A stretch of 64,000 nt of DNA from Planctomycetota bacterium (GCA_965223265.1 OZ244999.1:5888001-5952000), one strand, 5' to 3'; shown: positions 9,422 to 21,233, counted from the stretch's first letter. A program made the numbers and translations. The notes: generated from the letters alone by a model not told the origin.

Positions 9422-9571
9422 GCCAGCCTTGATCCCGGCTACAGCCTCATCCTGATCTCGCTGGAAGAGGCGCAAAGGGTGTTCGAGCACAGCCTCACGA
9501 TTCGCAAATCGACCGCTCTCGATCTCTCTCTGAACGAACTCCTCGAGCTCTGGTGAAATGCTCTCTGCCAT
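9407..9571 (-). pseudogene. ParD-like ribbon-helix-helix antitoxin, C-terminally truncated
   Basis: ISPELEEFVQREIESGRFANREAVL..LRL..AGIKAGLA ends at an IS-type terminal repeat. Confidence 0.7.
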
Positions 9572-9870
9572 GCCGGGATACCTCTTCAGTCGCAGTGGCG
9601 ACGTATCACTGGCGCTCATCGTAACACTCGGGAGCGTTGACTGCCCCGTTGGTGTCGCGTCGCAAAGCCTTCCGTGCCGCGCCACGACTTAAGGCATCTC
9701 GCGATGAATTTTGCGAAAAATGCGGGTTAGGATGGTCGTAGCAGATCGCCCCGTTTCGCACTGGATCGCATCGGGTTCCGCCGTAAAATGAAACTTCCGC
9801 CTTCCACTGCGTCCTCTCTTCAGCAACGACTTCGGCGGTGTAGGCCGGGAAGGCGACGCAGGGTTGACTC

Positions 9871-12800
9871 ATGTTGCGATGCGGCATTCTCCGGCGCTGG
9901 GGCTTGGTTGTTGGGATTCTGCTCGGCGGTCTCGTCGGCCGACCGGTGGTGGGAGACGAGGTCACGTTCTTCGACTTCGGCAGTGAGTGGAAGTACCTCC
10001 CCGGCCTCACTGAGGCGTCGGAGCCCGACCCCACCGCATGGCGCGAGCCGGACTTTGACGACTCCGCCTGGGCGAGCGGCCGCGCTCCGTTCGGCTACGG
10101 CCGCGGGGGACCGTGGGGTACCGATCTCTCCGAGCTCGACCCGCCGATGTCCGGGAACTATTCCTCGCTCTTTCTTCGCAGCCGATTCGATCTCGCGAAT
10201 CTCGAGCGGCTCATCGAGCTTCACTTCGAAGTCACCTATGACGACGGCTTCATCCTTTGGGTCAACGGGGTCGAGGTGGCGCGGGCGCGCATCCTCGAGA
10301 AGCCCGGGGTCTTCGTCCCGTACGACGCCATCGCTGCATCCGGAACTCCTGGGACCGTCGACGTCCACCTGACGTCCCCCGACGTCCCGATCGCGGCCGA
10401 AGGGAACGTCATGTGCATTCAGGTGTTCAACCGCGGCCTCAGGAACAACGATCTCAAACTGGATGCGCGCGTCTTCGATCCCCTCCACCCGGACCTCGAG
10501 CCTCCGGCGATCGCGCACGTCATCCCACTACCCGGGACGACGGTGCGGAGGCTCTCGCAGGTCGAAGTCTCCTTCGACGAGCCGGTCGAGGGAGTCGACG
10601 CGAGCGATCTCGATATCAACGGCAGAGCGGCCCGCGAACTGACGGAGGTCGACGCCAGCCGCTACCAGTTTACCTTTACCGAACCGCCGGTCGGCACTGT
10701 CCGCTTCGAGTGGATCTCAAACCACTCCATCACCGATCGCGCGGTGGATCGAAATCCGTTCGGCGGCGGAAACTGGTCCTACGACTTCGATCCCAGCGCT
10801 CCCGTCCCGTCGATCTCGATCAGCGAATTCGTCGCCGCAAGCGATGGCTCGCTGGTCGACGAAGAGGAGAGCGAGGAAGACTGGATCGAAATCTCGAACG
10901 ACGGCAGCGAGGCGGTCGCTCTCGGCGGCTGGACTCTGACCGACGACGCCACTGAACCGGACAAATGGCTCTTCCCCGACGTCGTTCTCGCGCCGCAGGA
11001 GCGCCTCATCGTCTTCGCTTCGGGGAAAGATCGGCGCGACCCCGAGGCGGAGCTCCACACGAACTTCAAGCTCGACGCCGAAGGCGAGTACCTGGGCATC
11101 TATCCCGCGGAAATCCCGCGCGTCGCGATCGAAGAGTTCACTCCGAAGTACCCGCACCAGCGGAGCGGTGTTGCCTACGGCAGACAAGATGGCGAGATCG
11201 GCTACCTCGATGCGCTAACGCCCGGCGAGACGAACGATGCCGCGCGGCGCTACTCAAACTTCGCCACCCCACCAAGTTTTAGTGCCCGGCGCGGTTACTA
11301 CGAGCAGCCGTTTCTCCTAGAGCTCTGGGCGCGAACGCCGGGCGCGTCGATCTATTACACGCTCGACGGTGCGACCCCATCGCCCGATACGGCACTGCTC
11401 TACCGCGGCCCGATCGAGGTGCACGGCGAGTCCGAACTCGGTATGGTCATGGTGCGTGCTGCCGCCTTCCGCGAGGATCTTCTCCCCTCGGCGGTCGTGA
11501 CCCACTCCTACTTGTTCCCACGGGACGTACTCCGTCAGCCAGACGATCCGCAGGGGTTCCCGGACCGCTGGGGAAACCAGCCCGCAGACTACGAGCTCGA
11601 CGCGGAGATCATCGACCCGAACCGTGAGATGGCGATCGAAGGTCTCAGGTCGATCCCGAGCATCTCCATCGTCACCGACATGGAACACCTTTTCGGCTTC
11701 GGTACCGGGATCTATACCCGGCCCTCACTCAGTGGTCCCCTGTGGGAACGGCCGACGTCGGCCGAGCTCCTCTTCGCCGACGGCCGCAGGGGATTCCAGA
11801 TCGACTGTGGCATCCGCACGCAGGGGGGAAGCAGCACGAACGATTGGAAGTCCCGCAAGGTGTCGCTTCGTCTTCTCTTCAAGGAGAAATACGGCGCCAC
11901 CAAACTGCGTTATCCGCTCTACGAGGGCTCGACGGTGACGCGCTTCGACACGCTCGTCCTGGACGCCGGTCTGAACTACACCCTCAACCATCCGGGTCAC
12001 TCCGAACGCATTCGAGCGCAGAACGTGCGCGACCAGTTCGTCGCCGACCTGCAGAATGAGGCGGGCGGCTTCGCACCACGCGGCAAGTTTGTGCATGTGT
12101 TTCTGAACGGCGCTCACTGGGGAGTGTACTACATTCACGAACGCCCCGATGCCTCCTACGCGGCCGAACACTTCGGCGGCTCGAAGGACGACTACGACGC
12201 CATGCGTCACCGTCCGACGACGGTGGTGGATGGGGACAACCTCGCGTATCTCGAGCTGACGCGACTCCGCGACCTGGATGACCCAGTGCAGTATGCGGCC
12301 CTGGAGGCACTTCTCGACATCCAAAACTTCGCGGACTACATACTGATCAACAACTACGTCGGCAATACGGATTGGGCGCACCAGAACTGGTACGCCACCA
12401 GGCGTCGCGATCCGCCGGGTCCGTTTCGCTTTCACAGTTGGGATGCGGAGATCGTGCTCCTGAGCCCGACCGAATTTGTCCTCAACAAAAACGACGGCGG
12501 GGGTCCCACCGGCATCTTTACATTCGTGAAGCGCAACCCGGAGTTTCGCGTCCTCTTCGGCGACCGGGTCCACAAGCACTTCTTTGAGGGTGGTATGCTC
12601 TTTGTGAACCCCGACGCGCCGGAGTGGAATCCGGATGAGCCGACCAGCAACATGCCTGCGATGCACTACATGAGGCGCATCGAAGAGATCTATAGCGCGA
12701 TTCTCCTCGAATACGCGCGCTGGGGAGACAATTGGCGGATGCAGTACACGCGCGACGACTGGCTCAATGAACTCGACTGGCTGCTGGTGAACTACTTTCC

Positions 12801-14844
12801 CGTGCGCTCGGCGCGCGTTCTCGACCAGTTTCGCGGCCAGAACCTCTATCCGAGCGTCGAGGCGCCGGTCTTGAGTCGACACGGGGGCGCGATCGAACCG
12901 GGCTTCGAGCTCACCATACAGCTACCGGCGGGCTCGACCGGCACCATGTACTACACGACCGACGGTACCGACCCGCGAGAGGTCGGCGGCGAGGTCTCGC
13001 CCGCGGCGAGCGCGTATACCGGCGCGCTCATCCTCAGTGAAGAGACCGTCGTCAAAGCGCGGAACCTCGGTCTCGATGCGAACGAGGAGATGGGATGGAG
13101 TGCGCTGAGTGAGGCTCGGTTCACGGTGCCGGCCGCTTCTCCGCGGCAGCTCGCCATCACCGAAATCATGTTCAACCCTCGCGGCGGCGGTGACTACGAG
13201 TTCATCGAGATCTCGAATCCAGCGGCCGCTCCGGTCCGCCTCGGGGGCATATCGTTCACTGATGGAATTGGGTTCACCTTCGACGAGGGCGCTTCGATCG
13301 CACCAGGTGGGTCCATCGTCCTGACGAGAAATCCGCAGGCGTTCCGCGATCGCTACCCCGGGGTGAAACCGCTGGGAGCTTACACGGGGAAACTCGCCAA
13401 CGAGGGAGAGCGCGTCGAACTCTCAGGGGCGGATGGAGAGTCGATTTTCGTCGTCAGGTTTCGTGACTCGGGGTTGTGGCCGATCGCCGCGGATGGCTTT
13501 GGGTTTTCACTCGTCCTCGAAGATGTCGCGGCGCCGCCAGAGGACCCACTGTCGTGGCGCGCCAGTGCGCTTGTCGACGGTTCGCCGGGCGCCGCGGACC
13601 CAGCGGCCGAGGTCGGCGGCATTCTGATCAACGAGGTGGCGACAGATGGCGGCGGTGCGGAGCCTGGAGTCGAACTGTTCAATTTCGGCGCCGCAGCCGT
13701 CGACCTGAGCGGCTGGTGGCTGAGCGGAAATCGAGGCGATCTGGAAAGCTTGAAAGCCTTTCGCATGCCGGCGGGAACGAGGATTGAGGCCGGGGGCTAC
13801 GCGGTCGTTCGCGGCGGCGCCGAGTCGTTACCCGTGAGCGCAGGCGGTGGAACGTTATTTCTTACGGCCTTCGATAGCACCGACGAGTTCACCGGCTTCA
13901 TCACGAGTGCCGATTACGGCATCGCAGAGCTCGCGGGTTCGTTTGGTCTCCACCTCACGAGTAACACACTCGATTTCACTCCGCTGCGCACGCCGACGCT
14001 GGGGACGGCGAATGACATTCCCATGGCGGCCGCGGTGGCGATCAACGAAGTTCACTACCACCCGCGGGGAAACGGCACCGAGTTCATCGAACTCTATAAC
14101 CCAAGCGGGGACGCGGTCGACGTTGGCGGCTGGAAGCTGAGCGGCGTCTCCGGCTCCGAGGCGGGGGAGGACTACGTGATCCCGTCCGGCTCCATCATCG
14201 CCCCGCACGGGTTTCTTCTCGCCGTTCCCATGGCACCCGAGCTCTTCCGAGATTTTTATCTGGTTCCGGACGCGGCGCCGATCGTCGGTCCGTACGCCGG
14301 CGCGCTCGATAACGGCGGCGAGAGGCTTGCGCTCTGGATGCCGTCGGCGCGCATCGCAGGATCTTTCGTGCGGGTGGATATGGTTCGCTTCGACGACCGC
14401 ACCCCATGGCCGATCGCGGCGGATGGCGACGGTTATTCCCTCGAGCGAGTTTTGGCGGCTGAGTACGGCAACGAAGTCGAGAACTGGGAGGCGTCCGAGC
14501 TTGAGGGCGGCACTCCTGGTTTCCTCAACAGCGTGACGCCGATCTCCGGGGAAACTCCGAGCGGTCGGCAGGTGCCGGGGGACTTCAATCAGGATGCGCG
14601 GCTGAACATCTCCGATGCGATCGCGCTCCTCCGCGAGCTCTTCTCTGGCGCGATGCCGTTCGTTCCCTGCGGCGGCAGCCTCGAGGCCGAGGGAGCTCGC
14701 GCGCTCCTCGACCAGGACGGCGATCAGGAAGTCGCGCTCTCCGATGCCCTCTTCCTCCTGAGTCACCTCTTCGAGGGCGGGGCGCCTCCGGCACTCGGCA
14801 GGGACTGCACGCCGATCGTCGGGTGCCCTGAGATCTGTCCGTGA
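9871..14844 (+). CDS. Secreted lamin-tail-domain / CotH kinase / Fn3-associated protein with dockerin-like tail
   Basis: Signal peptide; repeated I(S/N/T)E...(D/E)(W/F)IE LTD motifs; IYYTLDG; CotH-like GNTDW..NW and WDAE; C-terminal GDFNQDARLNISDAI. Confidence 0.88.
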   Translation: MLRCGILRRWGLVVGILLGGLVGRPVVGDEVTFFDFGSEWKYLPGLTEASEPDPTAWREPDFDDSAWASGRAPFGYGRGGPWGTDLSELDPPMSGNYSSLFLRSRFDLANLERLIELHFEVTYDDGFILWVNGVEVARARILEKPGVFVPYDAIAASGTPGTVDVHLTSPDVPIAAEGNVMCIQVFNRGLRNNDLKLDARVFDPLHPDLEPPAIAHVIPLPGTTVRRLSQVEVSFDEPVEGVDASDLDINGRAARELTEVDASRYQFTFTEPPVGTVRFEWISNHSITDRAVDRNPFGGGNWSYDFDPSAPVPSISISEFVAASDGSLVDEEESEEDWIEISNDGSEAVALGGWTLTDDATEPDKWLFPDVVLAPQERLIVFASGKDRRDPEAELHTNFKLDAEGEYLGIYPAEIPRVAIEEFTPKYPHQRSGVAYGRQDGEIGYLDALTPGETNDAARRYSNFATPPSFSARRGYYEQPFLLELWARTPGASIYYTLDGATPSPDTALLYRGPIEVHGESELGMVMVRAAAFREDLLPSAVVTHSYLFPRDVLRQPDDPQGFPDRWGNQPADYELDAEIIDPNREMAIEGLRSIPSISIVTDMEHLFGFGTGIYTRPSLSGPLWERPTSAELLFADGRRGFQIDCGIRTQGGSSTNDWKSRKVSLRLLFKEKYGATKLRYPLYEGSTVTRFDTLVLDAGLNYTLNHPGHSERIRAQNVRDQFVADLQNEAGGFAPRGKFVHVFLNGAHWGVYYIHERPDASYAAEHFGGSKDDYDAMRHRPTTVVDGDNLAYLELTRLRDLDDPVQYAALEALLDIQNFADYILINNYVGNTDWAHQNWYATRRRDPPGPFRFHSWDAEIVLLSPTEFVLNKNDGGGPTGIFTFVKRNPEFRVLFGDRVHKHFFEGGMLFVNPDAPEWNPDEPTSNMPAMHYMRRIEEIYSAILLEYARWGDNWRMQYTRDDWLNELDWLLVNYFPVRSARVLDQFRGQNLYPSVEAPVLSRHGGAIEPGFELTIQLPAGSTGTMYYTTDGTDPREVGGEVSPAASAYTGALILSEETVVKARNLGLDANEEMGWSALSEARFTVPAASPRQLAITEIMFNPRGGGDYEFIEISNPAAAPVRLGGISFTDGIGFTFDEGASIAPGGSIVLTRNPQAFRDRYPGVKPLGAYTGKLANEGERVELSGADGESIFVVRFRDSGLWPIAADGFGFSLVLEDVAAPPEDPLSWRASALVDGSPGAADPAAEVGGILINEVATDGGGAEPGVELFNFGAAAVDLSGWWLSGNRGDLESLKAFRMPAGTRIEAGGYAVVRGGAESLPVSAGGGTLFLTAFDSTDEFTGFITSADYGIAELAGSFGLHLTSNTLDFTPLRTPTLGTANDIPMAAAVAINEVHYHPRGNGTEFIELYNPSGDAVDVGGWKLSGVSGSEAGEDYVIPSGSIIAPHGFLLAVPMAPELFRDFYLVPDAAPIVGPYAGALDNGGERLALWMPSARIAGSFVRVDMVRFDDRTPWPIAADGDGYSLERVLAAEYGNEVENWEASELEGGTPGFLNSVTPISGETPSGRQVPGDFNQDARLNISDAIALLRELFSGAMPFVPCGGSLEAEGARALLDQDGDQEVALSDALFLLSHLFEGGAPPALGRDCTPIVGCPEICP

Positions 14845-14941
14845 GGGACAACCCGAAGCAGCACGGAAGAAAAACGCAGCGCGGGCTCCGCCCGCAACCC
14901 AAACGTCGGAAGATCTCATAGGAAAAGACGGCAGAGTCGTA

Positions 14942-14982
14942 CCGATGGAGTCAGCGGCGAAAACCGCCGCTTACTCCATCGG
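14942..14982. terminator. Strong hairpin between convergent genes
   Basis: CCGATGGAGTCAGCGGCG-AAAAC-CGCCGCTTACTCCATCGG; no U-tract. Confidence 0.45.
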
Positions 14983-15095
14983 ATCAGTCGAGAGCTGAGA
15001 TCCCAAGGTCAAATCTCCCCGCCAACGTCTCCGTGTTCTCCTATCCATTCGAAGAGAAGATCGAACGGAAAGGAGAGAGTCGCGCGATCACTCCG

Positions 15096-16193
15096 TCACG
15101 CCGCGTGAACCTCTTGCCGGCTGGGCGCAGCCCGATCGATGGCTTCCTTGACCAGCGCGGCAAAGCGCCGCGCGGCCGTGAATGACGCCCAGGCGAGGAT
15201 GCGCACGAACCTTGCTTCGTCAACGTCGACGAGATCTTCGACGAGATCCTCGGACACCTGGTAGGGAGCCTTCGCGAGCACGAGCGCCAGTCTGGCGATT
15301 GCTCGCTCTTCTCCCTCCAGGTCGCACACTTCTTCTTCCACCCAGCGGCGACTGATCGGCATGCGCTCGTTTCGCCAAGCGCTCAGATTCTTCGCCACGC
15401 AGTCGCGTACAGCTTGGGAGATGACGCCGTCCGTCTCGCGCGCGACAGTCGCCGTCCAGCGCGCGATCGCGTCGGCGATCCGTGGATTCGGCGCGGCCCA
15501 TGCCAGGTCGTCCGGCAACTCTGCTGGTGGAAGGAGTTCGAGGGCGAGGGCGGGCGCGGCCGAATGTGTCTTCGTACCTTTGAGCTCGACGCCGAACCTC
15601 CGAAGAGCAGCTCCCTTCAGCCCCTGCGGTGTGGCGACAGGTGAACCGTCCATGACAACATGGCTGAAGCGATTGATATCGGCCATAGCCATCAGAGATC
15701 CCAGAACTTCGGGCAATTCGTCGGCGGTGAACGGACTCGGAGGAATGTCCGTCTCTCCTGGCGTCCCGACTGCCTCCACCCATGCGAGACGCTCTCGAAG
15801 TATCGGGTCTTCGATGTCTTCGATGGAACGCTTCAAGATGGCGGAGGCAGCTCGATGCCGATCGCCTGCATGCACCAGGCTGACCAACATGTCCCCACAG
15901 TAAGGACAGTCATTCAGATCGGAGAGGACAGCGCAGATCGCTTCCTTCGTGGTTCGATCAAGGTGATCATCGACCAGCATGGTCTCCCGACCGCCCGTCC
16001 AGATCGCGGCAAGCAAATTCGGCACGCGCGAACGACTCGTCAGAGAGCCGTTGACGAAGAAGTCTTCGTCAATCATGTCATAGACTCGTCTTGTGAGCCC
16101 TGTCGCCTCGCCCCGTGGCACCGCGCCGACGTACCGCATCGTCTTGACCGACAGAGAATCGAAGAGCCAAAGTCGTAGCTTTCTGGGCAGCAT
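15096..16193 (-). CDS. AhpD/carboxymuconolactone decarboxylase-family protein
   Basis: TKEAICAVLSDLNDCPYC redox motif; AGGA RBS before ATG 16193. Confidence 0.75.
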   Translation of the reverse strand: MLPRKLRLWLFDSLSVKTMRYVGAVPRGEATGLTRRVYDMIDEDFFVNGSLTSRSRVPNLLAAIWTGGRETMLVDDHLDRTTKEAICAVLSDLNDCPYCGDMLVSLVHAGDRHRAASAILKRSIEDIEDPILRERLAWVEAVGTPGETDIPPSPFTADELPEVLGSLMAMADINRFSHVVMDGSPVATPQGLKGAALRRFGVELKGTKTHSAAPALALELLPPAELPDDLAWAAPNPRIADAIARWTATVARETDGVISQAVRDCVAKNLSAWRNERMPISRRWVEEEVCDLEGEERAIARLALVLAKAPYQVSEDLVEDLVDVDEARFVRILAWASFTAARRFAALVKEAIDRAAPSRQEVHAA

Positions 16194-16357
16194 GGTTGAG
16201 TCCTTTCTCGAATGGACTTTGTACCGCGCGACGGTCGCGGTTGGTTCGAAGGGGAATGGATCGCAGCGCAAGTTCAGATCCCTTGAGCTTGCGCGGAATC
16301 CGTCTTGCACCCTTCAAGGCGTGAGGGCGGACCTCACGATGTGAGGCGGCGCCGGGT

Positions 16358-18165
16358 TCACAGCTCCCATGCAGTCGCCGTTTCCGGAGAGTAGACGCAG
16401 AAGTGGCCTGTTCGGATAGAGTTAGACAGATGCTGTCCGAGGCGGGGATGGGCGGCGAGGATCTTTTTGATCGCACTTCGAATGCGCCATGTAACCGCCG
16501 ATCTCGCCCGCTCCCCCGCGTCGCCAAGCCGGCGTGATCTCCCGCCCAGACCGGTGGCCTTGACCAGCTCGTCGATGACGGCGTCCAGTTCACTGCGGAT
16601 CCGATCTGTTCGGCCGGGATCGTGGTCGGCCTCCGCGTGCTCGAGCTCGCTCTGCAGCTCCTCGATGCGTCGGCGATACTGTTGACGGGCCTTCGAGTCA
16701 AGCACCTCGAGCGAAGGTTCACTCTTGCGCGGTGCGCCCGTCAACTCGAGGCAATGGATCGATTCACCGGGCTGCGCCAGTAGGCGAGCCAAATCGTGAA
16801 AGCCTTTCAGTTCGATCAGTCTCGCACCTTTTCCTTCGTACGCGATCGACCAGACGTTGCCCTCCTTGAGGAATCGGTTGCCGGGTGGCATGGCGATCGC
16901 AGCGGGACGGACCATTGGTCGCTCGCGCGACCTGAGAGCTTCGTCGACGTCGACTTCGGCAACGCCTGCATCACGCAGAGCGTTGGGCATGTGCTTGGAG
17001 TCTCTGATTCGACGAAACGGCTCGACTTGAACGACCCAGCGGAGCGGCTCGCCTGGTTCTGGCTCGCGTCCGAAAGCGATCTTGTCGCGATACTCGCCAA
17101 GAAACACTTCGTACTCACGCTTGGCACCGAGCAAATCTCCAGCGATCGCGGCGCAGGCGGCGCGATACGCCGCAAAATTGACCACGGTCTCGCCAGCTCG
17201 TGCCAGACACTGAAGCGCCTCTTCATATCGCTTCATTGCGAAGAGATTCCACCCGACGAATCCGAGGTACCAATCAGGGTGCAGCGGGTTCAGTCGGATC
17301 GCCTTTCGAGCCAGCTTGCAGCCTTCCTCAGGTTCACCGTTAAACAGCGTCGCGATGGCGACCTGAATCAACACGTGGGGATCGTTTGGATTCAGAGCCA
17401 TCGCGCGCGCAACGTGCCAGTCGGCCTGCTCGTGTTGATGTCGGAAACGATGAACTCGCGCGAGAACGGCGTGTACCATCGCGTCAGAATCGTCCAGGTC
17501 CACCGCTTTGGCCGCGCAATCGAATGCGTTCCTCTCGCTCTGGTCCCATAGGTGCCACGCCTGACAGGACCACTCATTGAAATAAGAGAGCGAAAGCCCG
17601 GCGTACGCGCGTAGTGTGAGTCGATTTGCAGCGCCTGCTGAAAGAGAGATCGTGACTCTTCGTCGGCTTCGAGAGTACCGCGCTTCAGGTGATGCATCCC
17701 CCGCAGCCAGCAATCGTAGGCGGGCAATTGATCGATCGACCTGCGTTGAGCTCGTGCGAGCTCAACGTCGTCGATCTTGACAGCTAGATTTCCAGCGACG
17801 GTGGCCACAATCTCATCCTGAATCGAGAAGACCTGATCCAGAGCGGCATCATAGCGTTCTGCCCACACAGTTTGCCCGCCATTGACACGGATGAGTTGAG
17901 CGCTGACGCGAATGGTCGAGCGGCTGCGGCGCACGCTGCCTTCCAGAATGTACTGTAGGTCCCACTCGCGTACGACTTCATCAACCGAGCGACCGGCCTC
18001 GCTCAGCGCAAAGGTGCTTTGACTTGCCAAGACTCTCAAAGATCGGAAGCGGGTCAATTCCGCAATCAAGTCTTCCACAAAGCCATTCGAGAAGAACTCA
18101 GTGTCTGGCTCCGAAGACAGATTCCGGAAGGGCATGACGGCGATCGACACAGAGTGCTCTTCCAT
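16358..18165 (-). pseudogene. TolB-like/TPR protein with C-terminal regulator domain, frameshifted near 17605
   Basis: IAVMPFRNLS..YILEGSVRR N-half joins RAYAGLS..TPR..ERARSAVTWRIR in another frame. TACGCGCGTAC is 4 nt short of encoding YARAY. Confidence 0.75.
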
Positions 18166-18617
18166 CTAACCTCGCTCAAACGATCCGCTTCTCTACGCCA
18201 CCCTATTTCGCTGCTATCATCGCAGGCACTTCGCGGTCTGCCAAGAGGCTCCAAAGAGGTGCTCTGGCTTTCACGGCGATGCCATACCGAGTGTTCGGTG
18301 AGCGCCAGGTCTCGCGTGGCTGAATAGCCCGTCGAAAAAGTCAGTCGGCCGAGAACTGGCCTCTTCCCCCCCAGGTCGGCCGCATCAATACTCGCGATCA
18401 CACTTTGAAGAAGACGGCGCGGAGATGACCTGCGCTTGCCGCGGCCAATCTGGACGCGAAGAGATCAGTTCTCGGTTCGAAGGGCCTTTTGATAGCTTGT
18501 TGAAGTCAGCGACCACCGAGAGCCGCTGGCCGAAATCCTTGTTGTTGCGATTGGTGTACCGCTGTCTAATGTTCTGAAGGGCGAAACACGCCGGATGGCG
18601 CTGCTCAGGAGTCAGTT

Positions 18618-21164
18618 TTGTTTTTCCTTTTTTCTTCCCTTCCGAAGCTTCATCGACACGCCTCAGTCGCGTGTCTGTTGTGTGTTTGTGTTTGGCAGAT
18701 CTCAGTGGCGTCTCCACTGGACCACTCGTTGAGGAATTCCCGAGATCGTCACCTAGAAAGCCGGGAGGACTTCTTCGAAAAGCGCATCCGCCCAGTTCTC
18801 ATCGAGCACTGCTACGAGTGCCATGGTGAGAAGAAGGCGAAGGGCGGCCTGAGGCTTGACCTGCGCGATGCACTGCGGCGTGGTGGCGACAGTGGGCCGG
18901 CGATCGTTCCATTCGAGCCCGAGCGCAGCCGACTGATCGACGCGGTACGCTACGGAACTCTCGAGATGCCTCCGAGCGGCAAATTGCCAGAGCGCGTCAT
19001 CAACGATTTGGTGACGTGGGTGCGTCTGGGTGCGCCCGATCCGCGGACCGCCGAGGTGGCGGCCAACGCATCTCGAGAGACCGCGACGGAGCTTGCAGAT
19101 CCTCTCGACCATTGGGCTTTTCGTGCCGTCGAGGCTCCCGAACCGCCGCGCGTTCGCGACGTGACTTGGCCACTCACGAGTGTCGATCGATTCATTCTGC
19201 GACGACTTGAGGAAGCGGGAGTAACGCCAGCGCCCGATGCTGATCGTTACACTTGGCTGCGTCGCGTCAGCCTCGACCTCACCGGGCTGCCGCCGACCGT
19301 CGAAGAGCTGCGTGATTTCCACGCCGATCCTTCGCCCGATGCGTTCGAGACCGTCGTCGACCGACTCCTCGGTTCGCGTGCCTTCGGTGAGCGCTGGGCA
19401 CGGCACTGGCTCGACCTCGTTGGCTACGCCGATCAGATAGGCACCTCCAACAACGTCTTCGCCGAGCACGGCTGGCGCTATCGCGACTACGTGATCGACT
19501 CCCTCAATGCGGACACACCGTTTGATCGTTTCATCCGCGAGCAAATCGCCGGTGACTTGCTGGCAGCGGAATCGGTCGAGCAGCGCGCAGCGGGCGTCAC
19601 GGCGACTGGATTTCTCCTCCTCGGCGATCTCGAAATCGTCGAAGCGGACAAGGCCAAGCTGCACGTCGATGTCATCGACCAGCAGATCGATAAAATAGGT
19701 AAGGCATTTCTCGGCCTGACCGTCGGCTGCGCGCGCTGCCACGACCACAAGTTCGATCCCATCCCGCAGCGCGACTACTACGCGCTCGCCGGCATCTTTC
19801 ACAGCACGCGCTCCATCTACAAAACCGCGCGCGGCGTCTGGAGCGACGTCACTGCCGTCGAGATTCCTGAAACCGAAGATCAGAAAGAAGAACGCCTTGA
19901 GCGTGTTCGTCTTCACGGCGAGAGAGTTGCTGCACTGAAGGACGAGCGCAAGCGCTCCCTAAAACGCCAAGGCGAGCTCGACGAGGTGTTGGAGCGTACG
20001 GACGATGCGGCGACAAGCGCCGACGACCTCAAGTCCTTGCGTGCACAGCGAACCAAAGAGCGCGACGCGCTTGCCACGCAGATCAAACAGATCAACCGCA
20101 GACTCGAACACGCCGAATTCTTCGCACCGTCGCTGCCGCGCACCTACGCGGTCAGTGACCTCGACGATCCGAGCGACATGAGGATCACGATTCGTGGCAA
20201 CCCTCGCGCTCTTGGAGACTCGGTACCGCGCGGCTTTCTGACCGCCGTGTCGACGGTATCTCCGCCACAGATTCCTCCGAACGAAAGCGGCCGCAGACAA
20301 CTCGCCGATTGGATCGCTAGTGCGAGGAACCCACTGACCGCGCGCGTCGCGGTCAACCGCATATGGCAGAAACTTTTTGGGCGCGGACTCGTACCCTCCG
20401 TCGACTACTTCGGCATCCGTGGCGAGAAGCCGTCGCACCCCGATCTCCTCGATGCTCTCGCCATAGCGTTTGTCGAGCAAGGTTGGTCTCAAAAGCGGCT
20501 TATTCGCGACCTCGTTCTCAGTCGAACCTACCGGATGAGCAGCGGGCACAACGCCCGCGCACACGACATCGACCCCGATAATCGACTCTGGTGGCGCATG
20601 CATCGTCGCAGGCTCGATGCGGAATCGATCCGCGATGCCATGCTCGCGGTGAGCGGCCAGCTGCAGCGTTCGCATGGCGGCCCAGCCTTACCGCTGGAGT
20701 ACATAGAGAACGTCGGCAACATAGATCCGAAGAACGTCAACCCGCCGTCGTTTTCCCTCAAGAAGTGGCGGCCATCGCAGGAGTATTTGCGGACAATCTA
20801 TCTGCCGGTGATTCGTTCCGGCCTACAGCCAGGACCGGCAGAACTACGCAACGTGTTCGACTTCACGCAGCCCGCTCTGTTCGCTGGAAAGAGACCGACG
20901 ACGGCCGTGCCGACGCAGGCACTCTTTTTGATGAACAGCGCAGCGGTGAAGAAGCGCGCCGTGGAGCTTGCCGAACGCATCATCCGTGAGAAACTCACCC
21001 GCCCTGAGCGGATCGATTTGCTGTGGCTTTACGCGTTCAGCCGTCCGATCACCACGAAAGAAAGAGAAGATGCTGAGGCGTTCCTTGCCGCGGCGGGCGA
21101 CGAGGCGTGGAAGGAACTGTGCCATGCGATTCTCGGCTCGAACGAATTCTTGATGCGGCTTTAG
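18618..21164 (+). CDS. Planctomycete cytochrome c (PSCyt1) / DUF1549 / DUF1553 (PSD1) protein
   Basis: FFEKRIRPVL..CYECH, HWAF, WARHWLD, CARCHDHKFDP, PSHPDLLD, VPTQALFLMN. Start uncertain. Confidence 0.93.
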   Translation: MFFLFSSLPKLHRHASVACLLCVCVWQISVASPLDHSLRNSRDRHLESREDFFEKRIRPVLIEHCYECHGEKKAKGGLRLDLRDALRRGGDSGPAIVPFEPERSRLIDAVRYGTLEMPPSGKLPERVINDLVTWVRLGAPDPRTAEVAANASRETATELADPLDHWAFRAVEAPEPPRVRDVTWPLTSVDRFILRRLEEAGVTPAPDADRYTWLRRVSLDLTGLPPTVEELRDFHADPSPDAFETVVDRLLGSRAFGERWARHWLDLVGYADQIGTSNNVFAEHGWRYRDYVIDSLNADTPFDRFIREQIAGDLLAAESVEQRAAGVTATGFLLLGDLEIVEADKAKLHVDVIDQQIDKIGKAFLGLTVGCARCHDHKFDPIPQRDYYALAGIFHSTRSIYKTARGVWSDVTAVEIPETEDQKEERLERVRLHGERVAALKDERKRSLKRQGELDEVLERTDDAATSADDLKSLRAQRTKERDALATQIKQINRRLEHAEFFAPSLPRTYAVSDLDDPSDMRITIRGNPRALGDSVPRGFLTAVSTVSPPQIPPNESGRRQLADWIASARNPLTARVAVNRIWQKLFGRGLVPSVDYFGIRGEKPSHPDLLDALAIAFVEQGWSQKRLIRDLVLSRTYRMSSGHNARAHDIDPDNRLWWRMHRRRLDAESIRDAMLAVSGQLQRSHGGPALPLEYIENVGNIDPKNVNPPSFSLKKWRPSQEYLRTIYLPVIRSGLQPGPAELRNVFDFTQPALFAGKRPTTAVPTQALFLMNSAAVKKRAVELAERIIREKLTRPERIDLLWLYAFSRPITTKEREDAEAFLAAAGDEAWKELCHAILGSNEFLMRL

Positions 21165-21233
21165 CAAGCGACGTGAAGGAAACAGAAAGATGACCGGTCA
21201 ACACGTGCAGACCTGGCAGGAACGAGGTTCCTC

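Noticed and set aside
18066-18717. Short ORFs between the TPR regulator and the PSD1 gene
   Set aside because: No recognisable family or RBS; may be decayed sequence.
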